This document shows, in pieces, positions 26,758 to 37,385 of a stretch of 57,184 bases of DNA. How positions within the stretch are numbered: the first letter of the stretch is position 1; each line of letters starts with the position of its first letter. Origin of the DNA: Trypethelium eluteriae (taxonomy: Eukaryota); contig JAVECL010000087.1 of NCBI GenBank assembly GCA_051942245.1, positions 1 through 57,184 of the forward strand, read 5' to 3'. A program made the position numbers and the translations under genes. Below the pieces are notes generated by a model. That model ran no database searches. It saw only the letters and a program-made list of their open reading frames with translations, and was not told where the DNA came from.

Positions 26758-27795
26758 ATGGCATCCAATTTCGCCGCCTGGCTCACCTCAGCTAAAGCCC
26801 GACCATTCGAAGTTCAAGCCGCACCTTACGTATCTCCTGGTCCAAATGAGGTAGTCATCAAGAACATGGCCGTCGCCATCAACCCGGTCGATTGGGGTCT
26901 ACAAGCTTTGGCGTTTGTTCCCATGGAGTATCCTACCATTCTCGGAACCGACATCGCAGGGGAGGTCGTCGAAGTCGGCTCGGCCTGTTCGCGCCTAAAG
27001 ACAGGTGATCGAGTAGTTGGCTTAGCTACAGGATTCTACAGTGGACGAAATTGCGACCACGCCTTCCAGAAATACCCCGTTGTGCCAGAGGATTTCGCTT
27101 CTGGCATTCCTGATAGCGTCTCGTTTGAACAAGCGGCTGTACTACCTCTGGGCCTATTCACTGCAGCAGTCGGTCTGTTCCAAAAGGATCAGCTAGGCCT
27201 TGACCTGCCCTCAATCAATCCAAAACCGACGGGGATGACGCTTCTAGTCTGGGGAGGTTCATCCAGTGTTGGAAGTAACGCTATCCAACTGGCTCTCGCT
27301 GCTGGTTATGAAGTTTTTACCACATGTTCGAAGAAGAATTTTGAGTTTGTCAAAAGGCTAGGAGCAAGCCAAGCATTCGACTACAATGATGACAACGTTG
27401 TGGCTCAAATAGTGGAGGCATTGAATGGAAAATCAATGCCCGGGATCTTCGACGCCATCGGTGAAGCTGCAGCCATTGGCTTTCATGGAGCGGTCGAGCG
27501 TTGCGTCGAGGTAGCATCGAGGTCCAATTGCGTCAAGTTTATTGCGTCAGCTCAAAGAGTACCGGAGAACCTACAAGGAGGTGATGTCGAAGTGAAATTT
27601 ATATACCCTCAGAGGTCAGACAGCGAACTTGGTAAAGCCATCTTCGGGGAATTCCTACCAGATGCACTCGCCAAAGGAAAATTTATTCCCGCTCCCGATC
27701 CTGAAGTGGTTGGTCACGGGCTGGAAAGTGTGCAAGTCGGGCTCGATTCCTGGAGAAAGGGTATATCCGCCAAAAAGGTTGTTGTCGGTCTGTAA
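26758..27795 (+). CDS. Zinc-independent MDR oxidoreductase (trans-enoyl reductase / CipB-like)
   Basis: AVAINPVDW, ILGTDIAGEVVEVG, LVWGGSSSVGSNAIQLA and C-terminal SAKKVVV; intronless 345 aa. Confidence 0.9.
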   Translation: MASNFAAWLTSAKARPFEVQAAPYVSPGPNEVVIKNMAVAINPVDWGLQALAFVPMEYPTILGTDIAGEVVEVGSACSRLKTGDRVVGLATGFYSGRNCDHAFQKYPVVPEDFASGIPDSVSFEQAAVLPLGLFTAAVGLFQKDQLGLDLPSINPKPTGMTLLVWGGSSSVGSNAIQLALAAGYEVFTTCSKKNFEFVKRLGASQAFDYNDDNVVAQIVEALNGKSMPGIFDAIGEAAAIGFHGAVERCVEVASRSNCVKFIASAQRVPENLQGGDVEVKFIYPQRSDSELGKAIFGEFLPDALAKGKFIPAPDPEVVGHGLESVQVGLDSWRKGISAKKVVVGL

Positions 27796-28143
27796 ATCAG
27801 AAATCGTAGTAGCTAGACACAAGGCTCGTATCGTCCGAGAGCAAACGTACGAAATGAGACGCATTGGAGATGCATTTTTGCTGAGATGCTTCTGATCAAG
27901 TGGAAACTTGCAATTAACGTTCAGTCATTATATATCGTAGATATCAGAGGGTCTTCGACAGTGCCCTCCCGAACGAATCCAAGCTGGTGAACAGCTCCAG
28001 AAACCCTTGTGCAATAGACTTCGCATTGAACAGTCAGTGACTGTTGCGAATGGACTTTTTCCTCATGCGTTTCGATCGTGATTGCTATCTTACCTTGGCA
28101 TAGCCCGTGGAGATGGGGTAAATGCTATAATCGAGATTCGGCG

Positions 28144-30225
28144 TCAAATACTAATCTGCGATGGATCAATCCAGCCAAGCCAGTCCAAGCCAGCCAAATC
28201 GTCGATACTTGCATCAGCCATTTGCAAATTCATGTCAATGCCTGTCTCGTTGATAGCATTCAGTATTTGTTCGTCCGACATTGCCGAAAATTGCAATGGT
28301 TCGCTTGATCCAGGTGCGAGCTGCATATGACTCTCAGAGACGTTTGTAGAAAATACATTAGTCAGATTTGGGTCCTGGTTTGTATTTGCTGGAGCAATCT
28401 TGAAAGTACTATGCTTGAGTACCTCTTGAAGATATTTACCATAGAGCACGGACGCTCCTTGACGATGACTTGAAGTGGCACCTATTCGTTGCAACATGTC
28501 CGCAGTCTCCATGATCAAGTCCTTGATACTGGGGTGTAAAGGTCCGCTACTCAGCTTCAATGCGAAGCATGCAGCGAACGAAATCATAATCGCCGTATTG
28601 TTTGGCATGGACTCGAGTTCAGATTCTCCTCGCACAGCTGTCCGCATGACTTTCAGTGCTGCTGAAAGTGCCTCAGAATGAAAGACATTCTTAACCTTGG
28701 TGGGCGCGGTAGGATGATTGATTACCATACAGTAGGTAGAGAGAATGGTATGGGTAACAAGAATCTTGACGTAAGGAGGTAGATTATTCTGATGACCTCC
28801 TCCAAGGGAAATCGACCACATTGACATCCACTGATCAAAGAAATCTTCTATCGTGCGTTTCATGGATTCGGCAACTTCAGACTCAACATCAATGATACGG
28901 AAATTGTCACATCTTGATCGTACGCTGTCAACGAGCTTTTGGAGATCCCTCCGCAGGACAACCATCGATGTTACTGACCCGTCGTGACAATCTGCTATAT
29001 TCGAGATATGCCAGGAATCGCAGTTCTGGATCAGTGGTGTCACAGGACATGCGTATCGTCTACCACGTGCTAAGCAAACGCCTCGCTCCAAATTCCATAA
29101 TGCCAACCATGTTCTTTCTCGTCGGCGAAGCAGCCGCTTACTCCATTCTGAAGAAGGATCAACGCCAGAGAAGCCGTCCATATAGAGTGCCCTTTTATCG
29201 TCGATACAGTCCGATCTGGGTAGCCGACTATTCAAGTTACCATCAAAATTTCCAGAAGGTACAATAACCTTGTCCAAGCAAATGTCAATCGAGATTGTGA
29301 TGGCAGTCCCGAGATAAAGACATGTTTCGTCGTCTGCTGACTGTTCACCTGGAAACATCCAAGGAATATTGATCAGAAAAGCCAAGATGATTTCCACAGA
29401 GCGAAATCGCTGAGTCATTGCCCGGTTTGCAAGAAATTTGCAGTGCTTGGCAAGCCTTTTGCATAAAGCAGCAGCTGAAGGGACGAAAAGTGCGGATGCG
29501 GCCATGATGGAGGTAAATAGAAAAGCAGACTGACTACGGACAAATGGGACGGTATGAACGATTGGGTCAAGACCCCAACGGGTGTGAGACAAATTGTGAA
29601 AGAAGTAGCGGAACAGCATGTCAGCTTCTTCCGGGCTAGCTAATCCAAGATCCACAGGATCAATATCGTCACCAGTGTCCAATTTTGCCCGAACCGGTGC
29701 AAAGTACCATTTGACTTGTCTTGGGTCATCAGACTTGTTCGTTTGCTCCGTGGGCTTCGTCGATGGCACATGTAGATCTGATGCTCGTGCAAGCAGCTGC
29801 AAGGGATTCTCTGCATCGTCCAATTCATTGGTACTGGTACCGGGTATCGCTGTTTCATGGGGAATTTCATCGCTCCATTCAGTTCCGGTCTCCGATTGCA
29901 ATCTTCGACTTTGGTCCACGAGACGTTGTAACTCAGCAGACTCCTGAGGGGCTTTGGCATTGGCAAGAGCTTGTTCGACTTGATAGACTGCCTTTTCTAA
30001 CCCTCTTCTCTTATTCTTGACTCCTTTACGCCTTCCCACATGATAGTCTGGCACGATACACTCTGCTCCATTCTGCTGGCATTTCTCACAACGCAACTCT
30101 CCCTCGTTGCGGCGACATTTGATCTTGCTTCTTCTGCAAGCGATACAGGCGGCTTGTTTCGAGCGTGAAATATTGCGTTCAAAGGGCGGTGATTCGAAAG
30201 AGGCATCTGTGGGAGAGTGATCCAT
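28144..30225 (-). CDS. Zn(II)2Cys6 fungal transcription factor
   Basis: CIACRRSKIKC..CEKC..C binuclear cluster followed by a fungal TF middle-homology region (RRRERTWLAL); intronless 693 aa. Confidence 0.92.
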   Translation of the reverse strand: MDHSPTDASFESPPFERNISRSKQAACIACRRSKIKCRRNEGELRCEKCQQNGAECIVPDYHVGRRKGVKNKRRGLEKAVYQVEQALANAKAPQESAELQRLVDQSRRLQSETGTEWSDEIPHETAIPGTSTNELDDAENPLQLLARASDLHVPSTKPTEQTNKSDDPRQVKWYFAPVRAKLDTGDDIDPVDLGLASPEEADMLFRYFFHNLSHTRWGLDPIVHTVPFVRSQSAFLFTSIMAASALFVPSAAALCKRLAKHCKFLANRAMTQRFRSVEIILAFLINIPWMFPGEQSADDETCLYLGTAITISIDICLDKVIVPSGNFDGNLNSRLPRSDCIDDKRALYMDGFSGVDPSSEWSKRLLRRRERTWLALWNLERGVCLARGRRYACPVTPLIQNCDSWHISNIADCHDGSVTSMVVLRRDLQKLVDSVRSRCDNFRIIDVESEVAESMKRTIEDFFDQWMSMWSISLGGGHQNNLPPYVKILVTHTILSTYCMVINHPTAPTKVKNVFHSEALSAALKVMRTAVRGESELESMPNNTAIMISFAACFALKLSSGPLHPSIKDLIMETADMLQRIGATSSHRQGASVLYGKYLQEVLKHSTFKIAPANTNQDPNLTNVFSTNVSESHMQLAPGSSEPLQFSAMSDEQILNAINETGIDMNLQMADASIDDLAGLDWLGWIDPSQISI

Positions 30226-30259
30226 TGAATACGATGATTATTGAGTTTCGACTGCTTTG

Positions 30260-30275
30260 CGGATGCACATCTCCG
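30260..30275. promoter_or_regulatory. CGG-N10-CCG candidate Zn2Cys6 binding site in a 218-bp divergent promoter
   Basis: CGG ATGCACATCT CCG lies between the TF start (30225) and the AhpD-like start (30444); more CCG/CGG triplets occur to about 30320. Confidence 0.35.
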
Positions 30276-30443
30276 AGCCGAATGGCACGTCCGCTCCGCG
30301 TTCGGCGCCTAGAAGTGAGCCCGATCATCCCACCATTTTCGTAATTGTTGTCATTGAAGATGATATTCATTGACGAGGTTAGCTACCTCGTCATTTTCGT
30401 GCCACATTGGCGCTTGCATTCAATCGTTATCATCTGAAGAGTC

Positions 30444-31362
30444 ATGTCGAAGCTCTCGAATTCTCTCAAAGCTCTCATCAGTTCTCCAAAAGCAAGGCCC
30501 AGCACCATTCCCGCTCCCGCTCGGATTGAGTCTGTCTATAGGAGGATTCAGCGGGAGGCCGTTTCGAAGAATGTTGGATTACCATCATGGCTGGCACTCA
30601 CGGTACATTCTCATATGCCCCTCTGTGTAACCCTTTCTAACGCTGACTTCAATCCCACTGCAGACAGGGGCCACAATGACAATGAACAGTCCCGATTCTA
30701 TGAGCACTCTTTACAAACTCGCATCGTCATCTCAACCTCAATCCCAGGCAATTGCAACGGCAGAATTGATGCGCGAGATTGGCCTCAAATGTATCTCTTT
30801 TAATGGTGTCCCGCGTACCATCAATATGCTCAACGCATTCCGAGCTTCGCTTCCCTCTGACGTAGCCTCTTCACTTTCCACAACACCCACACGAGCACCC
30901 ACCACCGAAAACATTACATCGATACGGGAACGTGGAAGACAGCTATGGGATTCCATATACAGACCTTACGAGACCAAGTTGGTGGACAAACTCGCAGAAG
31001 CACATCCAGATCTACCTGTACACATTCTTAACAGTGAGTATGGATCTTTGCTATCTGACCCTCCTCGTTCTACCGGCTCGACCGTTGGTCGAATCACAAC
31101 ATCAATAGTGGCTGTGGCTTGTTTGAGGGCACAAACTGGTGTAGGACCCCAAGTTACCAGTCATGTATTCGGCCTGCGGAAGGCAGCCGAGGATGGGACC
31201 TGGAAGCACGATGTGGAGAGCGAAGAAGCCGTGAGATGGCTAGCCTCAGACGAGGGAAACACGTGGATCTTGGAAAAAGTAGATGAGGTAGTAGATACGA
31301 TAGGAGAGGGTATGGGTGCTACGTTTGCTCCAGGCACCAAAAACAGAGAGTCGAAGCTGTGA
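30444..31362 (+). CDS. AhpD/carboxymuconolactone-decarboxylase-like protein (Pxp2/YJR111C-like), PTS1 SKL
   Basis: Exon 30444-30602, intron 30603-30663 (GTACAT..CAG), exon 30664-31362. Motifs [33 protein letters not shown] and [23 protein letters not shown]; ends ESKL. Confidence 0.8.
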
Positions 31363-31656
31363 ATATAGAGATGATACCTAATAAACGGCGATTGTAAATA
31401 GTTAAAAGGAGGTGGGAAAGACCATTTTCTCTACAAATTTGGCTGTACTCACGTTGCTTTCACATACTCACTTCAACCTCGAAGTGCTCGATCAGTCTGT
31501 AAATCTATATATTCCGCGTTAGAATCTTTCCTGTTCATACATATACATATGCCAATACATTTGGGAGCCAATCAATCACGAGACGAGTGATTAGAGAACC
31601 ATGTCAGAATACATGCGGCAACTTTATGTACATCGACACAGGCTTCAGGAGCGATC

Positions 31657-33372
31657 TCACTCCATTGACTGCAAATTTTCAGCGATATGGAACTTAGCAT
31701 CCGTCTTCTTTTGGACCTCTTCAACTTCCACTCCCGGTGCCAACTCAGTCAGAGTCAATTCACCTCTCTTTCGGTCAACTTCGAAAACACACTGTGAAGC
31801 CTATTAGCTGTGACTACTCTCAATACATCGCTATGACTGGAGCCGAAAACATACCAGGTCAGTGATGATAGTGCTGACACACCTAGCACCTGTCAACGGT
31901 AGCTGGCATTTTTGTACAATCTTAGGTGTACCATCCTTGGCAACGTGATCTGTAGTAATGACAATCTTTGTCTCGTCTGGGTTGGATACAAGATCCATTG
32001 CACCACCCATGCCTTTGAATACCTTCCCGGGAATCATGTAATTTGCCAGGTCGCCTACAGCAGAAACTTGTAGAGCTCCCAGGATACTGACATCAACATG
32101 TCCACCCCTGATCATGCTAAATGATTCGGAGCTATCAAAGGTGGAAGCGCCGGGCACCAAGGTTACAGTTTCTTTACCGGCATTGATCAGATCAGGATCA
32201 ACTTCATCCTCGGTGGGATAGGGTCCCATTCCAAGGATACCATTCTCGGATTGAATCCATACCATTCTGCCTTCGGGTAAAAATGAGGGGGCCAGTGTAG
32301 GCATACCAACGCCTAAGTTAACATAATAACCCTGCTTGAGCTCTTTAGCAGCACGCTTCGCGATGCGGTTTCGGCGGACCAGGGCATCATTCTTCGATGA
32401 TTTCTCGTCCCCAGATGATGTCGATTGGCGAAGTTTCTTTATCTCAAGTGCCTTTTCAGCTGTGGCCGGAACAATACGATCAACATAGACACCGGGGAGA
32501 TGAATATCATCAGGAGCCAATGCACCAATGGGCACAATCTCCTCAGCTTCGACGATAGTCACTTTGGCAGCCTGTGCCATGATTCGTCCAAAAGCTTTGG
32601 TAGTATACCGGAACCGACAATTTCCAGCTTCATCAACTTTCCATGCGCGTATGATGGCGATATCACCGGTCAAGGCTTCTTCCATCATATACTGCTTATC
32701 GTTGAACATGCGAACCTCGCGTGGATTGCCTTTTTCAATGACCTTCCCCGAAGATTCGAGCCGAACAGGGATTTCTCCCTCCTGTACCAGTGTGTGGGTT
32801 CCTGTGGGAGTAAAAAAGGCCGGAATGCCTGCTCCTCCACATCTGATCCTTTCAGCTAGAGTGCCCTGGGGACAAAGCTCAATCGCTATTTCACCAGATA
32901 GATATTTTTTCTCCAATGCCTTATTGTTCCCGAGAAACGAAAGAATGAGTCGGTCAACCTGGCCAGCTTGCGTCAAGGTCGCGAGACCGCCTCCACCAGC
33001 TGCCCCAGCATTGTTTGAGACAGCGGTTAAAGAGTTTACGGACTCGACTCCTCGACGATGGATTGCCTGGATGATTGTTTCTGCAACACCGCAGAGGCCA
33101 AATCCTGCGCTCAGGATTGTTGAGCCGCTCTTGATATCTGCGACAGCTTCATCCGCCGTTTTGAATACTTTGGAGCCACCACGCTCTTTTCGGGGCGCGA
33201 GAGACGTGTCTTCGCTGTTGTTACTCGGATTACTCGACTTTTGTAGCTGTCGTAGACGAATTGGTCCAAAAGAATGAGGATATTTGACTTGCGCTTGGGG
33301 CCTCAGTCGAGAACGAGCGATGGATAGACAACTGCGGGCCCATTGGGCATGAAACTCGCAAATAGCGGCCAT
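31657..33372 (-). CDS. Succinyl-CoA:3-oxoacid CoA-transferase (SCOT/OXCT, family I), mitochondrial-type presequence
   Basis: [29 protein letters not shown], catalytic QSENG and GMGGAMDLV motifs. Intron 31792-31854 (GTATGT..CAG) adds a terminal exon CVFEVDR..QSME*. N-terminus is Arg/Ser-rich. Confidence 0.93.
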
Positions 33373-34438
33373 AGCTCTGGACACGGAACACGCTCTCCCT
33401 CCTGGAGAGAGAGACAGTAAACCGCCTCATTTTCTGCGGTTCATGTGGTACCTGCTAGTCACATCATCGAACCGGACCTAGAAGTTGTTGCCGAAAAGAT
33501 GACGTCGACTAGACAAGCTGCCGGTTTGGTCGAGAACTTGCGCTAATAGAGTACTATATCGTACCAACCCCATATAGATAGCGTCCTCTACTCCGTACCG
33601 TACTGGATCACGAAAAGAGTCTCCGTCTTTCTGTCACCCACGTGCATGCTTTGTACGTACGAAGTACCTACCTTTCACACTTCTCCAACCTGCATTCTAA
33701 ATTCAGGTCCTCGCTTGTACGCAGAGACTTTTACGCAATCAGGCGGCGCTCCGACTGGCGCTAGATCTGGTAGATAACAGCGTCACTATCAACATGGCGG
33801 AATGTTTCCGATATGGTACTCGCATCATCAGCCTATCTTCACCTCCAGAACTGCAGTACAAGCAGGCCCTTCCTTTCTTCCTTACATTTGTGTTGCTTTA
33901 TGCAGGATATCACCAAATCATTGTGCCAGTTACTACCGAACAATGCTTTCATATCAACTGAGACCTAGAACGACTTCGATTCATGAATGCTTCCAGCCCC
34001 CGCTCGAGTGGCCGAGGTATGTCATTCGAATCATAATCATTAATCACTTACACTTCGCTCTAAGTACTCCGTACAGCCGAGCTTTCTCAGCAAAGCGTAC
34101 TGGCCGGTGGCCCTCAAGCCAATGCGTGTGGCGCAAGCCCTATCTTTCGTTCCCCCCACGCACCAAGTGGGAGGTCACTTTAGTCTCCATCATCGTGCCC
34201 CCGGTGACACATGGCATCCGCAATTTTGCTCTCTACTCCCAAGGTAAGGTAGGCACTAGACCCTAGAACGATCGAGGTCATATATTCACACTTTCGCTCT
34301 CCCTTAATATTTTTCCTCGCTCATACTCCTTTCCTGAACTATTCTGTCGTCCTAACTTCAAGAATTTTCTATCAACCGCCTCTTTGTTTCATGTTTCCTG
34401 GTAGTGTTTTGTGTTTCGTGCTTCATTCCAGAATTTTC

Positions 34439-36148
34439 ATGGCAAATTCCGAGATAGAGCAATCAGCTAGGAACGAAACGGAACTTCAAGCGGGCCATGA
34501 ACCAGAAATTATCTGTTATGAACAAGACCAGACTTTGCCATTTACAGGAAAAAGGGAAAGAAGTAAAAGGATCTCAAATAATCTTCAGGACCATATGAAA
34601 ACTCCCATCGTTTTTCATTACCTGACGTTTGACACTATCTTGCCTTCGCCTGGCGGACGCAGGACTTCGGACCGGCATTTTGTTCCTCTGCCAGAAGCAC
34701 CGAATCTGAAACGTTATGACTCGCCTTTTGCATGGTCTCCATCGCGGAAAACTTTCATTACTTGGTTATCGTGCATATCCACTGCAATTACAGCTTTCAC
34801 TGCCGGTGCATACAGCCCTGGAATCGAGCAGATGATGGAGCATTGGAACGTGAGCAGAGTTGCAGCCAGTGTCGGTATCACCACATTCACGACGGGCTTC
34901 GCTATCACACCCATGTTCCTCGCGCCCTTCTCGGAATTCAACGGTCGCAGGCCTGTCTTTTTAGTCACGGGCGGCATGTTTGCCATTAGCCAATTATGTT
35001 GTGCCTTGACACCTACTTATTCGGGCTTCTTGATCTCACGCTTCGTTGTTGGTTGTTCCAGCTCGACATTTTCGACCGTCGTGGGGGGAGTTGTGAGCGA
35101 CATTTATCATGCCGAAGATCGGAATTGGGCAATGACAATCTTCTCTGGGTCTGCCCTTGTTGGAACTGGTCTTGGACCCTTCGTTGGTGGATTCATTGCT
35201 CAACATACATCCTGGAGATGGATATTCTACCTTCAGGTTATCTTGGATGGCACTCTGCTTGTCATTCTGTTTGTATTCTTTAGAGAAACGCGTGGTAGCG
35301 TTCTGCTGAGTCAAAAAGCTAAGCAGCTCAACCAATGGTACGAAGTTTGCGAAAAGGTGGGATACATCGATTTCGATATCCAGTCAGGAAAAGATGAAGA
35401 TAAAAAAACTTCTCAACGCATGCGATGGAAAGTCCGAGCTGATGAAGAACGAGGAACTCTCGACCAAGTTATCATCGTCTCGCTCTATCGCCCTTTCCAT
35501 TTGCTCTTTACCGAGCCAGTCATCTTCTTCTTCTCATTTTGGGTCTCTTTTAGCTGGGCTGTGCTCTACATGACCTTCGCGGCGATCCCACTTGTCTTCG
35601 GCACGAATCATGGCTTCAATCTTGAGCAATCGCATGCACCCTTTGCTGCCTTGAGCACCGGCGCAATTCTATCAACGATCATTAGCCTTGTCCAAGAAAA
35701 CTGGGCCCGTCGGCGTGGTAAAGCGGTAACCAGTCCAGAAGGACGTCTCTATATCAGCTGCGTACAAAGCGCTCTGATGCCGATTGGATTGTTCTGGTTT
35801 GGCTGGACATCCTTCCCATCTATACCCTGGATTGTGCCGACTGTGGCTATTGGCTGTGCGACCATGGGCATCTTTTCCATTTATCTGGCCGTCTTCAACT
35901 ATTTTGCCGACACTTATCATCGTTACGCTAGCTCGGCTCTAGCGGCTCAGGGCTGCTGCCGGAATCTCCTTGGAGGAGTGCTACCCCTTGTGACGACCCA
36001 GATGTTCCAGCGCCTGGGTTTTGGTGGGGCTTCAAGCTTGCTTGGAGGTGTCGGTACTCTGTTAACAATTGTCCCTTGGATACTGGTTTTCTATGGGCCG
36101 AATATCCGAGCGAGAAGTAAATTTGCTGCTGAGCTTGTGGACACATGA
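34439..36148 (+). CDS. MFS drug:H+ antiporter (DHA1 family)
   Basis: W..RK motif before TM1, APFSEFNGRRP, GPFVGG..WRWIF, ETRG, RPFHLLFTEP, PEGRL and YASSALAA. An alternative upstream ATG is at 34391. Confidence 0.92.
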   Translation: MANSEIEQSARNETELQAGHEPEIICYEQDQTLPFTGKRERSKRISNNLQDHMKTPIVFHYLTFDTILPSPGGRRTSDRHFVPLPEAPNLKRYDSPFAWSPSRKTFITWLSCISTAITAFTAGAYSPGIEQMMEHWNVSRVAASVGITTFTTGFAITPMFLAPFSEFNGRRPVFLVTGGMFAISQLCCALTPTYSGFLISRFVVGCSSSTFSTVVGGVVSDIYHAEDRNWAMTIFSGSALVGTGLGPFVGGFIAQHTSWRWIFYLQVILDGTLLVILFVFFRETRGSVLLSQKAKQLNQWYEVCEKVGYIDFDIQSGKDEDKKTSQRMRWKVRADEERGTLDQVIIVSLYRPFHLLFTEPVIFFFSFWVSFSWAVLYMTFAAIPLVFGTNHGFNLEQSHAPFAALSTGAILSTIISLVQENWARRRGKAVTSPEGRLYISCVQSALMPIGLFWFGWTSFPSIPWIVPTVAIGCATMGIFSIYLAVFNYFADTYHRYASSALAAQGCCRNLLGGVLPLVTTQMFQRLGFGGASSLLGGVGTLLTIVPWILVFYGPNIRARSKFAAELVDT

Positions 36149-36236
36149 GTTTTTAAACCCGGATCGGTTCTTGGTGTTGTTCGAGCAGCAAGCAACTCGG
36201 TCCGGTGAAATTGCGATAAGCCATTTGTATAACTAC

Positions 36237-37385
36237 CTATACATTTTTACGCTCGATAGCAGGCCCATTCATTTCCAATTTCGTGGTCCGATTTGCGATG
36301 GCAGAATACTGGTCTGGGCTTCCCGTTGAACGCAAACACAGGTCTACCGGCCAGGCATATAAACCCCTAGGATCTTTCCCTACTGTTTCCGACGTTAGAT
36401 ATTCGATGAGCACAATAAAAATGTATGCCCCTATGCCCGTGAGAATGTGCCACCTGCTGATCCATCAGTGTACAGATTTCTCCAAAACCGTCTGAAAGGA
36501 TCGACAGACCAGCCATGTAATTCAAGCAAGAAGCCCCACGGTACTCCGACTGTGCTCCTTAGATGCTTTAGGCGTTCACAGAATAGACGATCAATTACCC
36601 ACAATATGAACCCCGAAATAAAAGAGACAGCACCACTGAGCTCAAGTCTATGTACAGCTCTTCGGATTTGCCTGTCGGAAATTCGTTCGCGGATGATTGC
36701 TCTTGTTTTGAGACCAACAATATTGATCATCAATCCAAATGTCACAGGGTGTACGAGACTTTCATTACTTATCACGTGGTACCAAGAGATCGCACCAAGG
36801 CTCAGTGAGAGAGCAACGCCCATGACAAGTCTTTGAGAGGGATTCAGGGATGATGTTGTTATGCGGTAAAGAACGATACCGGTGCAAAAGAACATCGAAA
36901 GGTCGTCAGCTAAATTCATGATCAGCCGTCACAAAGTTTTGGAATCATCCGTCCGTCTACGATCCAGATTGGGGTGCACATACACATTTGCGCATAATAG
37001 TTCAGGACCATGTGAAAATACCAAGAGCAAACCCCCACGCCAGCAAGCCCAACGTATGGAAGACAGGCCATGAAAGCACCATTTTTCCTGTAGTGGCTAC
37101 GTATCCCGTATATAGCATAAAGAACTGTAATATTTAATGTACGTCGGTCAGTACCCAGGACAGCGAACTTACTGTACGTCGTATTCGTGATGGTGTTTAC
37201 AAACTCCGCAAAGTAGCCCGAAATAAGGTAATCTTCTTCGCAAAAGCTAATTAAGAGAAAAACAAAACAGCGGTTAGCTAGGAGAGAGGAAGGATATCTT
37301 TTGACGTTACTTGCTTTGCTTTAGACGACGGCGAACCCCATGCCGGGTTCTTTGCAACGCTCGGGTACTCGAAGTTGATACGCAT
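36237..37385 (-). CDS. Alkaline ceramidase (YPC1/ACER family)
   Basis: Five exons: 37385-37315, 37246-37173, 37124-36984, 36909-36510 and 36453-36237. They give WGSPSSKANFCEEDY..AEFVNTITN, SWYFHM, DDLSM and ELHGWWHILTG. The first intron needs a GC donor. Confidence 0.88.

Noticed and set aside
32528..33277. Long antisense ORFs (for example 249 aa opposite SCOT, 188 aa opposite the hydrolase)
   Set aside because: Shadow frames of real genes with no independent motifs.
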